Assembly (NCBI GenBank): GCA_044370105.1
Contig: JBILWC010000003.1
Location: forward strand, 8,962 to 72,961
DNA: 64,000 nt
Reading direction: 5' to 3'
Source of the DNA: Steroidobacteraceae bacterium
Lineage (GTDB): Bacteria; Pseudomonadota; Gammaproteobacteria; Steroidobacterales; Steroidobacteraceae
The notes beneath the pieces were generated by a model. That model was not told the origin of the DNA. It did not search any database and was given only the letters and a program-made list of their open reading frames with translations. Of the stretch, positions 1 through 10,623 are shown piece after piece (position 1 is the stretch's first letter; every line of letters starts with the position of its first letter). Made by a program: the position numbers and the translations under genes.

Positions 1-1658
1 AGGCGCGCCGCGCCCGCCGCGCGTTGCGCATGTGAACCACTGAGCACGAGTCGGTCGACCTTCGACACACCGAACGAACGCAAGGCAGGAACGACCAGGC
101 GCTCTGCGGAACGCCCCTCGCTCGCGTAGCTCTCGCCCGTGTCGTAGACGAGCGCATGCCGACGCGTACGCACGATGAGGGAGGTCCCCTCGCCCGCATC
201 GAGCAGCGTCATCATCACTTCGCCCTCGGCCGGGCGCTCGAAACCGAGCATCGGCACCCACGCCGCGGGGCTCACCTGAATGGCGGCATACGGGTGGGCC
301 GCGACCGCAACGAGCAAGGGCCAGAGCCACTCGTGCACGCGCTCTCCGATCCACCACAAAGGTCTCGCCAGCGGCGCAGCAAGACTGCCAAGCAAGCCTC
401 CGAGCAACGCGATCGGCACCAGGATCAAAGAAAATACGGGGATGGCGGCAAAGTTCACGAGTAGCCCGGCCACCGAAAAGCTCGAGAACCACAGGATCGT
501 GATGGGCAGCAAGGCAAGACTGACGCGCCATTGCGTGCGCAGCGTATCGATGAACCACGCGCGCAAGCCTTTGCCTTGCGAGTCTCCCGCGGCGATCAAT
601 GTGGCCATGGCGACGAACGAGAGCCAAAAGCCCGAAGACAACGGCGCAAACGGATCGATGAGCAGCACGGCGACGGCGGCGAAGCCCAATACGTCGAACC
701 CCGAATGCACTCGACCCGAAAGTCTGAGCATCCACCACACGGCGAGCATCATCACGGTGCGCTGCGCCGGTATGCCGAACCCGGCGAGCGCGGCATAGGC
801 CGCCGCTGCCGGAACACCGAGCATCGCGGCAAACGTCTCGCGATCGATGCGCATCGCAAGGTGCGGCGTCCTCGCCCAAAATCGTCGAGCGAGTGCAGCC
901 ACGACCCAGCAAAAGAGCGTGACGTGCATTCCCGAGATCGCCACGAGATGCGTCGTCCCGGTATCGCTGAACACTCGCCACTGCTCGCGACTCACCTCGC
1001 CTGTCGCACCGACTGCGAGTCCGGAGAAAAGCGCAGCGGCATCACGATCGACCACCACATCGCGAATGCGACGAACGATTTGCTCGCGCAACGCCAGCAG
1101 TCCCGCGCGCTGCGCCGCGATCTGACGATTGCCGGCGAACGGCAAGACCACAGCTCGAGCCTGCACCCGATCGCGGAAGAACTCTCTTTGCTCATCGAAC
1201 CCTCCCGGGTTCGTGTTGGCGCGCGGCACACTGAGCTGCAACAACAAGCGCCACCGCTCGGCCACCCGGGGCAGTGGCGCCAGCGGTTCGTTCCAGCTCA
1301 CACGTGCGCGAAGCGTTCGCTGCAATGAAGCCGGTGCCTCGATGACGAGCTCGGCGTCGAATTCGATCCCTGTGTTCGTGCGCCGTACGAGCGAGTCGAT
1401 CTGCGCGTTGGCGATCACGCGCTGCCCCTGATCGGCCGGCGACCAGCGCTGCGCCAACTGGTCGAGCGACACCAGCAAGGTGACGAAGGCCACACTCGTG
1501 CCGATGCCGAGCGCAATGAAAAGCACGCGCAGGCGGACGAAGAACGAGGTCGCGAAAGCGGCGATCGCGAATAGCACCAACGCGATGAGGGTGTAGAGCT
1601 CGGGTCGGAGCGGCCCGAAGAGCACCGCCATCACGCCGAGCAACGTCGCAAGACCCAC
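1..1658 (-). CDS. comEC: DNA internalization-related competence protein ComEC/Rec2 (partial; C-terminus lies beyond the window start)
   Basis: Open minus-strand frame running off position 1; absent from the ORF track because there is no stop in the window. My translation gives FSDTGTTHLVAISGMHVTLF (ComEC competence-domain signature, about nt 920-975) and MMTLLDAGEGTSLIVRTRRHALVYDTGESY (metallo-beta-lactamase domain, about nt 125-220). Start uncertain: in-frame GTG 1700, GTG 1658, TTG 1643, ATG 1631. Confidence 0.85.
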   Translation of the reverse strand, partial: MGLATLLGVMAVLFGPLRPELYTLIALVLFAIAAFATSFFVRLRVLFIALGIGTSVAFVTLLVSLDQLAQRWSPADQGQRVIANAQIDSLVRRTNTGIEFDAELVIEAPASLQRTLRARVSWNEPLAPLPRVAERWRLLLQLSVPRANTNPGGFDEQREFFRDRVQARAVVLPFAGNRQIAAQRAGLLALREQIVRRIRDVVVDRDAAALFSGLAVGATGEVSREQWRVFSDTGTTHLVAISGMHVTLFCWVVAALARRFWARTPHLAMRIDRETFAAMLGVPAAAAYAALAGFGIPAQRTVMMLAVWWMLRLSGRVHSGFDVLGFAAVAVLLIDPFAPLSSGFWLSFVAMATLIAAGDSQGKGLRAWFIDTLRTQWRVSLALLPITILWFSSFSVAGLLVNFAAIPVFSLILVPIALLGGLLGSLAAPLARPLWWIGERVHEWLWPLLVAVAAHPYAAIQVSPAAWVPMLGFERPAEGEVMMTLLDAGEGTSLIVRTRRHALVYDTGESYASEGRSAERLVVPALRSFGVSKVDRLVLSGSHAQRAAGAAR

Positions 1659-1686
1659 GACGGTGCTGCTACAGTGGCGCCCCGCG

Positions 1687-2205
1687 ATGCTTCGAAACAC
1701 GATCCGTCAACTCGGCAGGAAGGTGCAGGCCTCACGCGACCGCTGGTTCGCGCGCCCCTTCGCGCACGTATTCATTGACCCGCGCCTTTGGTCGCTGCAG
1801 CGGCGCAGCATCACGGCCGCCTTCGGCGTCGGGCTCTCGATTTGCTTCATTCCGTTGCCCGTGCACATTCCGCTCGCGTTCATGCTGGCGATGCTCCTGC
1901 GGCTCAACGTACCGACGCTCATCGGCACGGTGTTCATCGTGAATCCGCTGACGGCCGTTCCGATCTATTACCTCGCTTACCTCACGGGCCGCTTCGCACT
2001 TGGCCAATCGCCCGGGGATTTCCGTTTCGAGCTGAGCTGGGATTGGCTGCAAAACGGGCGCGGACCCGTTTGGAAGCCGTTTTTGCTCGGCTGTCTGATT
2101 TGCGGCGTGGTGTTTGGTCTCGTCGGCTGGCTGGTGCTCGACCGGGTCTGGCGATCGCGCGTGCGCAAGAAGTACCGCACGCGGGGCAGCCGCTCAAACG
2201 TCTGA
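1687..2205 (+). CDS. DUF2062 family membrane protein
   Basis: Track ORF 1663..2205. ATG at 1687 gives MLRNTIRQLGRK... followed by RSITAAFGVGLSICFIPLPVHIPLAFMLAMLLRLNVPTLIGTVFIVNPLTAVPIYYLAY, typical of DUF2062. Divergent from comEC. Confidence 0.75.
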   Translation: MLRNTIRQLGRKVQASRDRWFARPFAHVFIDPRLWSLQRRSITAAFGVGLSICFIPLPVHIPLAFMLAMLLRLNVPTLIGTVFIVNPLTAVPIYYLAYLTGRFALGQSPGDFRFELSWDWLQNGRGPVWKPFLLGCLICGVVFGLVGWLVLDRVWRSRVRKKYRTRGSRSNV

Positions 2206-2237
2206 ATTCGCCTATTCGCCCGGATTCGGGCGCGGGA

Positions 2238-2915
2238 CTACTCGACGAGCCGACCTTCGGTCAGCGTCAGCACGCGATCCATCCGTGCCGCCAGACGCGC
2301 ATCGTGCGTCACGATCACGAGCGTCGTGCGTCGATCACGGTTGAGCCGAAGCATGAGCTCGAACACCTGCTCGGCATTGCGACCATCGAGATTGCCGGTC
2401 GGCTCGTCGGCGAGCACGAGCGCGGGCTCTGTCACGAGCGCCCGCGCCACCGCGGCGCGCTGACGCTCACCCCCGGAAAGCTGATGAGGACGGTGCGAGA
2501 GCCGAGCGCCGAGTCCGACCTCTTCCAGGATCGCCGTCGAGCGTGATTTTGCCTCGGCTGTTGCCATGCGGCGCACGAGCAAGGGCATCGCCACGTTCTC
2601 GAGTGCGCTGAACTCGGGCAGAAGATGGTGAAACTGGTAGATGAACCCGATCGTTCGATTGCGCAGCGCGCTGCGCTCGATTTCATTGAGCGCATGCAGA
2701 TCGCGGCCTTCGATGCGCACGCTGCCGAGCGTCGGCCGATCGAGCCCGCCCAGAATCTGCAGCAAGGTCGTCTTGCCCGAACCTGAGGCACCGACGATCG
2801 CGACACACTCCCCGCGCTGCAGACGCAGATCGAGGCCATCGAGCACACGCAGGGTCGACGCTCCTTCCCGAAACTCGCGTACGACGCCCTCGGCTTCGAG
2901 CACCAACTCACTCAT
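2238..2915 (-). CDS. lolD: Lipoprotein-releasing ABC transporter ATP-binding protein LolD
   Basis: Track ORF 2238..3017 trimmed to the internal [10 protein letters not shown] start (codon 35). Walker [12 protein letters not shown], signature LSGGERQR, Walker [13 protein letters not shown]. Sits next to two LolC/E permeases. Confidence 0.93.
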   Translation of the reverse strand: MSELVLEAEGVVREFREGASTLRVLDGLDLRLQRGECVAIVGASGSGKTTLLQILGGLDRPTLGSVRIEGRDLHALNEIERSALRNRTIGFIYQFHHLLPEFSALENVAMPLLVRRMATAEAKSRSTAILEEVGLGARLSHRPHQLSGGERQRAAVARALVTEPALVLADEPTGNLDGRNAEQVFELMLRLNRDRRTTLVIVTHDARLAARMDRVLTLTEGRLVE

Positions 2916-4158
2916 GACGCAAGGCCTCCGCAGGCTGGGTCCGCGATGCCCGCCAGGCGGGATACAGCGTGGCGAGCGCACACAGCACGAATGCGACGCC
3001 GCAGACGCGGGCGACATCCGCCCATTCGACGTACGCGGGCAAATCCGTCATGAAATACACCTTCGCATCCATGAACTGTACTCCGAAGAGACCCTCGATG
3101 CCCCGCACGATGCTCTCGACGTTCTCGGCAAGCAGGATACCGAGCGTAGCGCCGGCGATCGTCCCGGCAAGACCAATCAACACGCCCTGCACGGCGAAGG
3201 TACGCAGGATATCCGCAGGGGTCGCTCCGAGCGTGCGCAGCAATGCGATATCACCCTGCTTTTCTTTGACGATCATGACGAGCGTCGAGACGATGTTGAA
3301 CGCCGCGACCCCGACGATGATGAGCAGGATGACGAACATCATCCCCTTGGTGAGTTCGATGGACTGGAAAAAATTCGCATGGTTGCGCGTCCAGTCGCTC
3401 ACGTAATACCCACCCCCGAGCGCCAAGGCGAGCTCACGCACCACCTCCGGCGCTCGACCGGGGTCATCGAGCGCGAGGCGTATGCCTGTCACGTCGCCAC
3501 CCAAGCGATAAAGGCGCGCCGCGTCGTTGATGTGCATCAGCGCGAGCCCGCGATCGAACTCGTACATGCCGGAGTCGAACGTACCGATGACTTTCACTCG
3601 ACGCATCCGTGGGACCACGCCTTCGGGCGTCGCACTCCCCTCCGGGACGATGACGACGAGCTCGTCACCCCGCGCGACGCCGAGTTCACTCGCGAGTGTC
3701 GTACCGAGGATGATCGACCACGACCCTGCCTTGAGATCTTCGATGCGCGTATCGCGAAGGTGCTGCGCAAGACCCGTGGCCTCGCGTTCGAGTTCCGGAT
3801 CGATGCCGCGGACCGCACTGCCGAGCACGCGTGATCCGTTGGCGATCATCGCCTGCGCCTCAACGTAAGGCACCGCATGCCGAACGCCCGAACTTTTGAG
3901 CGCGAGACTGCGGACGTCTTGCCAATCGGAAAGAGTGCCCTCGAGCCCGATGAGCGTCGCGTGCGAGGTCACCGACAAGATTCTCGAGCGCAACTCGCGC
4001 TCGAAGCCATTCATGACCGACAGCACCACGATGAGCACGGCAACACCGAGCATGAGCCCCGCCGTCGACATGAACGCCACGAACGACACAAAACCCCGAC
4101 GATGCGTCGAGCGCAGATAACGTGTGCCGACCATCCAGGTCCAGGCGTTGTGCACCAT
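2908..4158 (-). CDS. Lipoprotein-releasing system permease, LolC/LolE family (second paralogue)
   Basis: Track ORF 2908..4422 trimmed to [17 protein letters not shown] (codon 89). MacB/FtsX-type architecture: N-terminal [18 protein letters not shown]-terminal FtsX-like TMs ending AEALRHE. Start shares 1 nt with the upstream permease stop. Confidence 0.88.
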   Translation of the reverse strand: MVHNAWTWMVGTRYLRSTHRRGFVSFVAFMSTAGLMLGVAVLIVVLSVMNGFERELRSRILSVTSHATLIGLEGTLSDWQDVRSLALKSSGVRHAVPYVEAQAMIANGSRVLGSAVRGIDPELEREATGLAQHLRDTRIEDLKAGSWSIILGTTLASELGVARGDELVVIVPEGSATPEGVVPRMRRVKVIGTFDSGMYEFDRGLALMHINDAARLYRLGGDVTGIRLALDDPGRAPEVVRELALALGGGYYVSDWTRNHANFFQSIELTKGMMFVILLIIVGVAAFNIVSTLVMIVKEKQGDIALLRTLGATPADILRTFAVQGVLIGLAGTIAGATLGILLAENVESIVRGIEGLFGVQFMDAKVYFMTDLPAYVEWADVARVCGVAFVLCALATLYPAWRASRTQPAEALRHE

Positions 4159-5459
4159 CACTCGTACCTCAGGGCTTCGGCGGGCGCGACACGCGATGCC
4201 CGAATGGCCGGATACACCGTGGCCGCGGCGGTCACGACGAGCGCGATGAGCGCGATGGTGATGACGTTCTCGGCGCGCAAGTCGGCGGGGATGCGCGTGA
4301 CGTAGTACACGCTCGGGTCCATCACCTGAAAGCCGAAGGCCGACTCCATGAGCGGCACGATGTCGGCGACGTTGAGCGAGAGCATCACGCCGAGCGCGAC
4401 ACCCAGGGCGACGCCCGCCCAACCGATCACGAGCCCTTGCGTGAGGAAGACGCCGAGCACACTGCGCGGCGAAGCGCCGAACGTGCGCAGGATCGCGATG
4501 TCCGTACGTTTGTCCGTCACCACCATGACGAGCATCGCCACAATATTGAAGGCGGCGACGCCCACGATCAGCATCAGGATGATCGACATCATCCGCTTCT
4601 CGATGCGGATGGCCCGAAAATAATTGGCGTGATCTTGAGTCCAGTCGCGCAGGGTCAGCCCAGCGCCGAGACGATCGCCGAGTTGCGCGTTCAGCGCGGG
4701 CGCCGACATCGGATCGTCGAGCTTCACGTGCAAACCGAAGGCGCGCGCATCATCGGAAGTGAGGGCGCGAACGTCATCGAGATGCGCGAGCGCGAGCGTC
4801 CCGTCGTGGTCGTGCAGGCCGATCTCGAAAATTCCGCTTACAGAGAATTCGCGCAGCCGCGGCGCTGGCGCCCCGCCTTCGGCGACGCCGGGCACCAGCA
4901 AGGTCACGCGATCTCCGACGGCCACCCCGAGCAGACGCGCCACCACGCTGCCCAAAATGATTCGATCACTGCCGGGGACGAGCTCGTCGAGCCGCCCTTC
5001 GACCATCGCCGCGGCGGCCACAGACACAGCCGGCTCGAGTTGCGGATCGACCCCCCTCAACTGCACGGGCAGCATCTCGGGCTTGCGCAGCGCGAGCGCC
5101 TGGATTTCGGCGTAAGGGGCAACACCCCGCACGCGCGCGTCGGTGCGCAGCGCCGCGAGCGCCCCCTGCCAGTCGTAGTCACCGGCTCGGGTGGCCGCCT
5201 CGGACGACCCCTGAACCGATGAAGGCGGCCCTCCTCCGGACTCACCCGCGACGATCACCCGCGCGTGGCTCGATAGGGCGAGCAACCGATCGCGCAGCTC
5301 CCCCTCGAAACCGTTCATGACCGACAGCACCACGATGAGCGCAGCGACGCCGACGGCCACCCCGGCCAGCGAGACCCAGGTGATGAACGACACGAAGAAT
5401 TTCCGCGTTCGCGAGCGCACGTAGCGCAGGCCGACGAACAAGGATAAAGGCTGGAACAT
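4158..5459 (-). CDS. Lipoprotein-releasing system permease, LolC/LolE family (first paralogue)
   Basis: Track ORF 4158..5489 trimmed to MFQPLSLFVGLRYVRSRTRKF (codon 11). SVMNGFEGELRDRLL, C-terminal FtsX-like TMs ending AEALRYE. Confidence 0.88.
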   Translation of the reverse strand: MFQPLSLFVGLRYVRSRTRKFFVSFITWVSLAGVAVGVAALIVVLSVMNGFEGELRDRLLALSSHARVIVAGESGGGPPSSVQGSSEAATRAGDYDWQGALAALRTDARVRGVAPYAEIQALALRKPEMLPVQLRGVDPQLEPAVSVAAAAMVEGRLDELVPGSDRIILGSVVARLLGVAVGDRVTLLVPGVAEGGAPAPRLREFSVSGIFEIGLHDHDGTLALAHLDDVRALTSDDARAFGLHVKLDDPMSAPALNAQLGDRLGAGLTLRDWTQDHANYFRAIRIEKRMMSIILMLIVGVAAFNIVAMLVMVVTDKRTDIAILRTFGASPRSVLGVFLTQGLVIGWAGVALGVALGVMLSLNVADIVPLMESAFGFQVMDPSVYYVTRIPADLRAENVITIALIALVVTAAATVYPAIRASRVAPAEALRYE

Positions 5460-5539
5460 TCGGGCCTGATTTAACCATATCGAGACCACCCCATCGCGGG
5501 GCTTGCCTCTCGGAAGCGGCTCTGTAAGCTTGCGCGCCC

Positions 5540-8500
5540 ATGTCTCGGCTCCTTCGGCCCCCTATCCCCGACTCCGGGCGCCCGCAGGTGCACTGGAGCG
5601 GCCTGCATGGCAGCGCCACGGCGCTCGCACTCGCCGAGGCGGCCGCCGCGGACGATCAGCCCTGGCTCGTCATCGAGCCCGACAGTCGCAGTCTCGAGCG
5701 CCGTCGTGCCGAACTGCAGTTCTTCGCCCCGCCGGGTCTTCGCGTGCTCACGCTGCCGGACTGGGAGGTGCTGCCGTACGACGTCTTCTCGCCGCACCCG
5801 GATATCACGAGCGATCGGCTGCTCGCGCTCGCCGAGCTGCCGGATCTGCGTCGAGGCATCGTGCTCGTCACGATCGACACGATCCTGCAGCGTCTTGCGC
5901 CTCGCCAATACGTGGCAAGCCGCAGCTTCTCGCTCGCCGTCGGCGAACGTCTGGCGCTCGAGGCCTTCAGGCTACGCCTGACCGAGGCGGGTTACTCCTC
6001 GGTGAGCCAAGTGGCCGGTCCCGGTGAGTACGCCCTTCGCGGCTCGCTGCTCGATGTGTTCCCCATGGGCGCCGACGGCCCCCTGCGCATCGATCTCTTC
6101 GACGATGAGATCGAGGCCATCCGGAAGTTCGACCCCGAGACTCAGCGCTCGCGCGAGTCGATTCCTGCCGTGCGTTTGCTGCCGGCGCGCGAGATGCCGC
6201 TCGATGCCGATGCCGTGCGTGCCTTCCGTCGCCGCTATCGGACTCGCTTCGATGGCGACCCGACTCGCAGCGCCATCTATCGCGGCGTGAGCGATGGCAT
6301 CGCTCCAGCCGGCATCGAGTTCTACCTGCCGCTTTTCTTTGATTCGACCGACACGCTCTTCGATTACCTGCCGACCCGCGCGCGCATCGCCGATCTCACC
6401 GGCAGCCTCGAAGGCGCCATCGAGCGCGCGTGGCAGGCGCTGCAGCTGCGTCACGACGATCGCTGCGGCGACATCGAGCGCCCGCTACTGCGTCCTGAAG
6501 AACTCTTCATCGATCTCGAGACCCTCCGCGGTGGTCTCGACCGGCATCCGCAGATCGTGCTCGATACGTTCCGTAGCGAAGACACGTCGCCGGCTCACCA
6601 TGATTTCGGCGCCAAACTCCCCCCCGAACTGCGACTCGACGCACGCGCCGAAAAACCGCTCGCTCCGCTACAGGATTTCCTCGCACACCATGAAGGGCGC
6701 GTACTGCTCGCCGCCGATTCGCCGGGCCGCCGCGAGGTGCTGAGCGAGCTGCTGCGAGGCGCCGGCCTGAGGGCCGCAGCCTGCGACGGTTGGCAAGCCT
6801 TCGTGACGAGCGAGTCTCGTCTCGCGCTCACCGTCGCACCGGAACTCGCCGGCCTCGTGCTCGCCGATCCCGCGCTCACGGTCCTGCCCGAGTCGCAACT
6901 CTTCGGCACTCGCGCCCGACAGGAGCGGCGTCGACGCAAGATCACGGCCGATCCGAACGCCATCCTCCGCGACCTGCAAACGCTCACGGCCGGCGCGCCG
7001 GTCGTGCACGAGGAATACGGCGTCGGTCGATATGTGGGCCTGCAAAGCATGGACGTCGGCGGCCAGAGCGGCGAGTTCCTCGTACTCGAATACCGCGACG
7101 GCGATCGGCTCTACGTCCCCGTGCATTCTTTGCAGCTCGTGAGCCGATATTCAGGTGCCGCGCCCGAGTCGGCGCCGCTGCACAAACTCGGGACCGATCA
7201 ATGGTCCAGGGCTCGCAAACGCGCCGCCGAAAAAGTCCGCGACGTCGCCGCCGAACTGCTCGATCTTTATGCGCGCCGCAAAGCCCGCCGAGCGAGCCAA
7301 CTCCCCTCGCGCGACCTCGAATACCAAAGTTTCGCCAACGCCTTCCCCTTCGAGGAAACCGCCGACCAGGCCGAAGCGATCGACAAAGTCATCAAGGATT
7401 TGGCCTCCGAAGAGCCCATGGACCGCATCGTCTGCGGCGATGTGGGTTTCGGCAAAACCGAGGTCGCGATGCGCGCCGCCTTCGTCGCCGTGCAGGCCGG
7501 CAAGCAGGTGGCCGTGCTCGTGCCCACCACTCTGCTCGCCCAGCAACACGCTGCGAACTTCGCGGATCGTTTTGCCGACTGGCCGGTGCGCATCGAGTCG
7601 CTGTCGCGCTTCCGCTCGACCAAAGAATCCGCCGCTGTACTCGAAGGTATCGAGAAAGGCTCGGTGGATATCCTCATCGCAACACATCGGCTGTTGCATG
7701 CCGATGCGCGGTTCAAGGATCTCGGGCTCATCATCGTCGACGAGGAGCACCGCTTCGGAGTGCGCGACAAAGAACGACTCAAAGCCTTGCGCGCCGAAGT
7801 CCATGTGTTGACGCTCACCGCGACGCCCATCCCGAGAACGCTCAACATGGCACTCGGCGGACTGCGTGAACTCTCGCTCATCGCGACGCCCCCTGCCGAG
7901 CGCCTCGCCATCAAGACCTTCGTGAGCGAGTGGAGCGACGCGACGATACGCGAGGCCATCTTGCGTGAACTGCGTCGCGGTGGTCAGGTATATTTCGTTC
8001 ATAACGAAGTCAAAGATATCGGAAAGTTCGCAGACAAACTCGCCACCCTCGTCCCCGAAGCGAGCATCCGCACCGGTCATGGCCAGATGCGCGAACGCGA
8101 ACTCGAGCAGCTCATGGTCGACTTCTACCATCGGCGCTTCGATATCCTGGTGTGCACGACCATCATCGAAAGCGGCATCGACGTGCCGAGTGCGAACACC
8201 ATCCTCATCGATCGGGCCGATCGTTTCGGCCTCGCCCAGCTGCACCAGATGCGCGGGCGCGTCGGGCGATCGCATCACCAGGCCTATGCCTACCTCATGA
8301 TTCCCTCGCGCAAGGCGCTCGCAGGCGATGCTCTTAAGCGCCTCGAGGCGCTGGAGTCACTCGAAGATCTCGGCGCAGGCTTCGTGCTCGCGACGCACGA
8401 TCTCGAGATCCGCGGCGCCGGAGAGCTGCTCGGCGAAGAGCAAAGCGGCGAGATGACCGAGGTGGGTCTAACGCTCTACCTCGACATGCTCGATCGCGCA

Positions 8501-8995
8501 GTCAAGGCCATGAAGGAAGGCAAACACCTCGATCTCGATGCGCCGCTAGCCTCGCAGTCGGAAATCGAGATGCGCGTGCCGGCCTTGCTGCCCGAGGATT
8601 ACGTCAACGACGTGCACGTGCGTCTCGCGCTATACAAGCGCATCGCGGGGGCCGTCGATGAGTCGGCGCTAGAGGAGCTCACGGCCGAGCTCGTCGATCG
8701 TTTCGGCGAGCTGCCTCCCCAAACCCAAAACCTGTTGCGCAACGCCCGCCTGAGACTGATCGCGCGTCGACTCGGCATCCGACGACTCGACTTCGGCGCG
8801 CATGGCGGACACCTGATCTTCGAAGCGGAAAACAAGATCGATCCGAAGGCCGTGATTCGCCTCGTGCAAGATCGCTCGCGCGAGTACCGTCTCGAGGGAC
8901 CGCTCAAGCTCCGGGTGTCCCACGAGCTCGACGACGAGGCCGACCGTTACGAATTCGTGGCTCTTTTGCTCGGCAAGCTCGCCTCAACGAACTGA
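5540..8995 (+). CDS. mfd: Transcription-repair coupling factor Mfd
   Basis: 1151-aa ORF. UvrB-homology N-terminus, helicase motifs GDVGFGKTEVAMRAAF and IIVDEEHRFG, TRG/TRCF C-terminal region. Confidence 0.97.
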   Translation: MSRLLRPPIPDSGRPQVHWSGLHGSATALALAEAAAADDQPWLVIEPDSRSLERRRAELQFFAPPGLRVLTLPDWEVLPYDVFSPHPDITSDRLLALAELPDLRRGIVLVTIDTILQRLAPRQYVASRSFSLAVGERLALEAFRLRLTEAGYSSVSQVAGPGEYALRGSLLDVFPMGADGPLRIDLFDDEIEAIRKFDPETQRSRESIPAVRLLPAREMPLDADAVRAFRRRYRTRFDGDPTRSAIYRGVSDGIAPAGIEFYLPLFFDSTDTLFDYLPTRARIADLTGSLEGAIERAWQALQLRHDDRCGDIERPLLRPEELFIDLETLRGGLDRHPQIVLDTFRSEDTSPAHHDFGAKLPPELRLDARAEKPLAPLQDFLAHHEGRVLLAADSPGRREVLSELLRGAGLRAAACDGWQAFVTSESRLALTVAPELAGLVLADPALTVLPESQLFGTRARQERRRRKITADPNAILRDLQTLTAGAPVVHEEYGVGRYVGLQSMDVGGQSGEFLVLEYRDGDRLYVPVHSLQLVSRYSGAAPESAPLHKLGTDQWSRARKRAAEKVRDVAAELLDLYARRKARRASQLPSRDLEYQSFANAFPFEETADQAEAIDKVIKDLASEEPMDRIVCGDVGFGKTEVAMRAAFVAVQAGKQVAVLVPTTLLAQQHAANFADRFADWPVRIESLSRFRSTKESAAVLEGIEKGSVDILIATHRLLHADARFKDLGLIIVDEEHRFGVRDKERLKALRAEVHVLTLTATPIPRTLNMALGGLRELSLIATPPAERLAIKTFVSEWSDATIREAILRELRRGGQVYFVHNEVKDIGKFADKLATLVPEASIRTGHGQMRERELEQLMVDFYHRRFDILVCTTIIESGIDVPSANTILIDRADRFGLAQLHQMRGRVGRSHHQAYAYLMIPSRKALAGDALKRLEALESLEDLGAGFVLATHDLEIRGAGELLGEEQSGEMTEVGLTLYLDMLDRAVKAMKEGKHLDLDAPLASQSEIEMRVPALLPEDYVNDVHVRLALYKRIAGAVDESALEELTAELVDRFGELPPQTQNLLRNARLRLIARRLGIRRLDFGAHGGHLIFEAENKIDPKAVIRLVQDRSREYRLEGPLKLRVSHELDDEADRYEFVALLLGKLASTN

Positions 8996-9018
8996 GGCCG
9001 CTCGGCTAACATAGGCCT

Positions 9019-9579
9019 ATGCAAAGACTCTGGCTCCTGCCCTGCCTGCTCATCCTCTGGCTCGTCGGAGGCTCTGCCTCTCACGCCCAAGGTGCCGGCG
9101 CCTCCACGTACCACGTCGAGGTCATCATTTTCCGAACGAATGGCGCCCGCGAAGGTGAACCCGGTGCAGCGCCCCCGCGCGCCGCGTCAGGCGATGCCGC
9201 CTCCGGTGCCACGCAGGTCGCGCGCTATCTCGGTCCCCTGCCCGCCGCCAAACTGCAGTTGAGCGGCGCCCGCCAAAAACTCGCTGCAGGCGGTTATCGC
9301 GTCCTCGCGCATACGGGTTGGACGCAAACGGCCAGCACCTGGGGCTCGCGCAACGGCTTGCCCGTCGAACAAATCGGCCTGCAGGTACCGGGACTTTCCG
9401 GCAATTTTTTGCTCGAGCGCGGTTCGCTCCTGCACTTCGGCATGAACCTGCGTTATGCGCCAGAGGGCGGTGCCGCACATCAAATGAACGAACTGCGGCG
9501 CATCCGCTTCAACGAAAAAAATTATTATGACCACCCCGGCATCGGCGTGATCGCCGTCGTCACGCCCGGCGGTCGATGA
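9019..9579 (+). CDS. Secreted protein, possibly CsiV-family (peptidoglycan-binding protein-like)
   Basis: 186-aa ORF with signal peptide (MQRLWLLPCLLILWLVGGSASHAQG). YHVEVIIFRT near the N-terminus and YYDHPGIGVIAVVTP near the C-terminus resemble my recollection of CsiV-family proteins found downstream of mfd. Family assignment not verified. Confidence 0.45.
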   Translation: MQRLWLLPCLLILWLVGGSASHAQGAGASTYHVEVIIFRTNGAREGEPGAAPPRAASGDAASGATQVARYLGPLPAAKLQLSGARQKLAAGGYRVLAHTGWTQTASTWGSRNGLPVEQIGLQVPGLSGNFLLERGSLLHFGMNLRYAPEGGAAHQMNELRRIRFNEKNYYDHPGIGVIAVVTPGGR

Positions 9580-9582
9580 CGC

Positions 9583-10623
9583 TCAGGCGAGCTTGAGATC
9601 GGGCGGGGCTGCGCAGCGCTCAAGTGCCGCTTGCGCAGCAAGCCACTCCGCCGACTCCCTCAAATTACCCGTCGGACCCGCGCCTTTGCCTCGCAATCGT
9701 ATGCGACGCAGCGACGCCGCCGCATCGCCCTCGGGCTTCCAACCCTCGAGCAAGGCGATCACGCTCTCGCGGTGATTGCAGACCGGTAGTACATCGCAGC
9801 CCGCAGCGAGTGCACGTTCAGCACGCTCGACGATGCCACCCACCGCGGCTGCGCCCGCCATCGAGAGATCATCGGCGAAGACCACTCCCTGGAAGCGCAA
9901 CTCGTTGCGCAAATAACCGCGGATCCAGCGACGCGAAGCACTCGCCGGCACGTCGTCGATCTCGGGGTAGAGCACATGCGCGACCATCACGCCCGCGAGC
10001 CCGTTCTCGATGAGCAGCCGATACGGACGGATATCAGGCTCGAGATCGGCGAGATTGCGTCGGTCGATCGGCAAGGCGTGATGCGAATCGGCGACCACGG
10101 CCCCATGTCCCGGAAAATGTTTTGCCGTCGCGACCATGCCGGCCGCACGCATGCCATGCATGTAGGCCACCGCGAGCTCACCGACGATGCCCGCATCGCG
10201 ATGGAAAGACCGGTCACCGATGACCTCGCTCACACCGTAATCGAGATCGACGCAGGGCGCGAACGAGAGATCGACGCCCGCTTCGCGAAGTTCGGCCGCC
10301 ATCAACCATCCGAGCTCGCGAGCCAACGCGAGGCCGCCGCGCGGCGAGGCGTCATACTCGTGACCGATGCGACGCGCGGGCGGCAACCGAGAGAACCCCT
10401 CGCGAAAGCGCTGTACCCGCCCGCCCTCGTGATCGACGCCCACGATGAGCGCAGGAGAGCGCACAGCGTGGATATCGGCGACGAGCCGCTGCAACTGCGC
10501 GGGGTCCGCGTAATTGCGCGCAAACAGAATCACGCTGCCGACGAGCGGATGCTGCAGCAACTCGCGCTCCACAGGCTGCAACACCGTCCCCTCGAGATCG
10601 ATCATCAAAGGTCCGAGCGTCAT
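9583..10623 (-). CDS. nagZ: Beta-N-acetylhexosaminidase NagZ (GH3)
   Basis: Track ORF 9583..10761 trimmed to MTLGPLMIDLEGT (codon 47). GVDHEGGRVQRF, KHFPGHGAVVADSH. ATGA overlap with the rlmD stop. Confidence 0.93.
   Translation of the reverse strand: MTLGPLMIDLEGTVLQPVERELLQHPLVGSVILFARNYADPAQLQRLVADIHAVRSPALIVGVDHEGGRVQRFREGFSRLPPARRIGHEYDASPRGGLALARELGWLMAAELREAGVDLSFAPCVDLDYGVSEVIGDRSFHRDAGIVGELAVAYMHGMRAAGMVATAKHFPGHGAVVADSHHALPIDRRNLADLEPDIRPYRLLIENGLAGVMVAHVLYPEIDDVPASASRRWIRGYLRNELRFQGVVFADDLSMAGAAAVGGIVERAERALAAGCDVLPVCNHRESVIALLEGWKPEGDAAASLRRIRLRGKGAGPTGNLRESAEWLAAQAALERCAAPPDLKLA

Noticed and set aside
156-1431. Plus-strand ORFs 156..464, 280..798, 531..1328, 847..1125 and 1129..1431.
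   Set aside because: All are antisense to the open comEC frame, which carries clear ComEC and metallo-beta-lactamase motifs.
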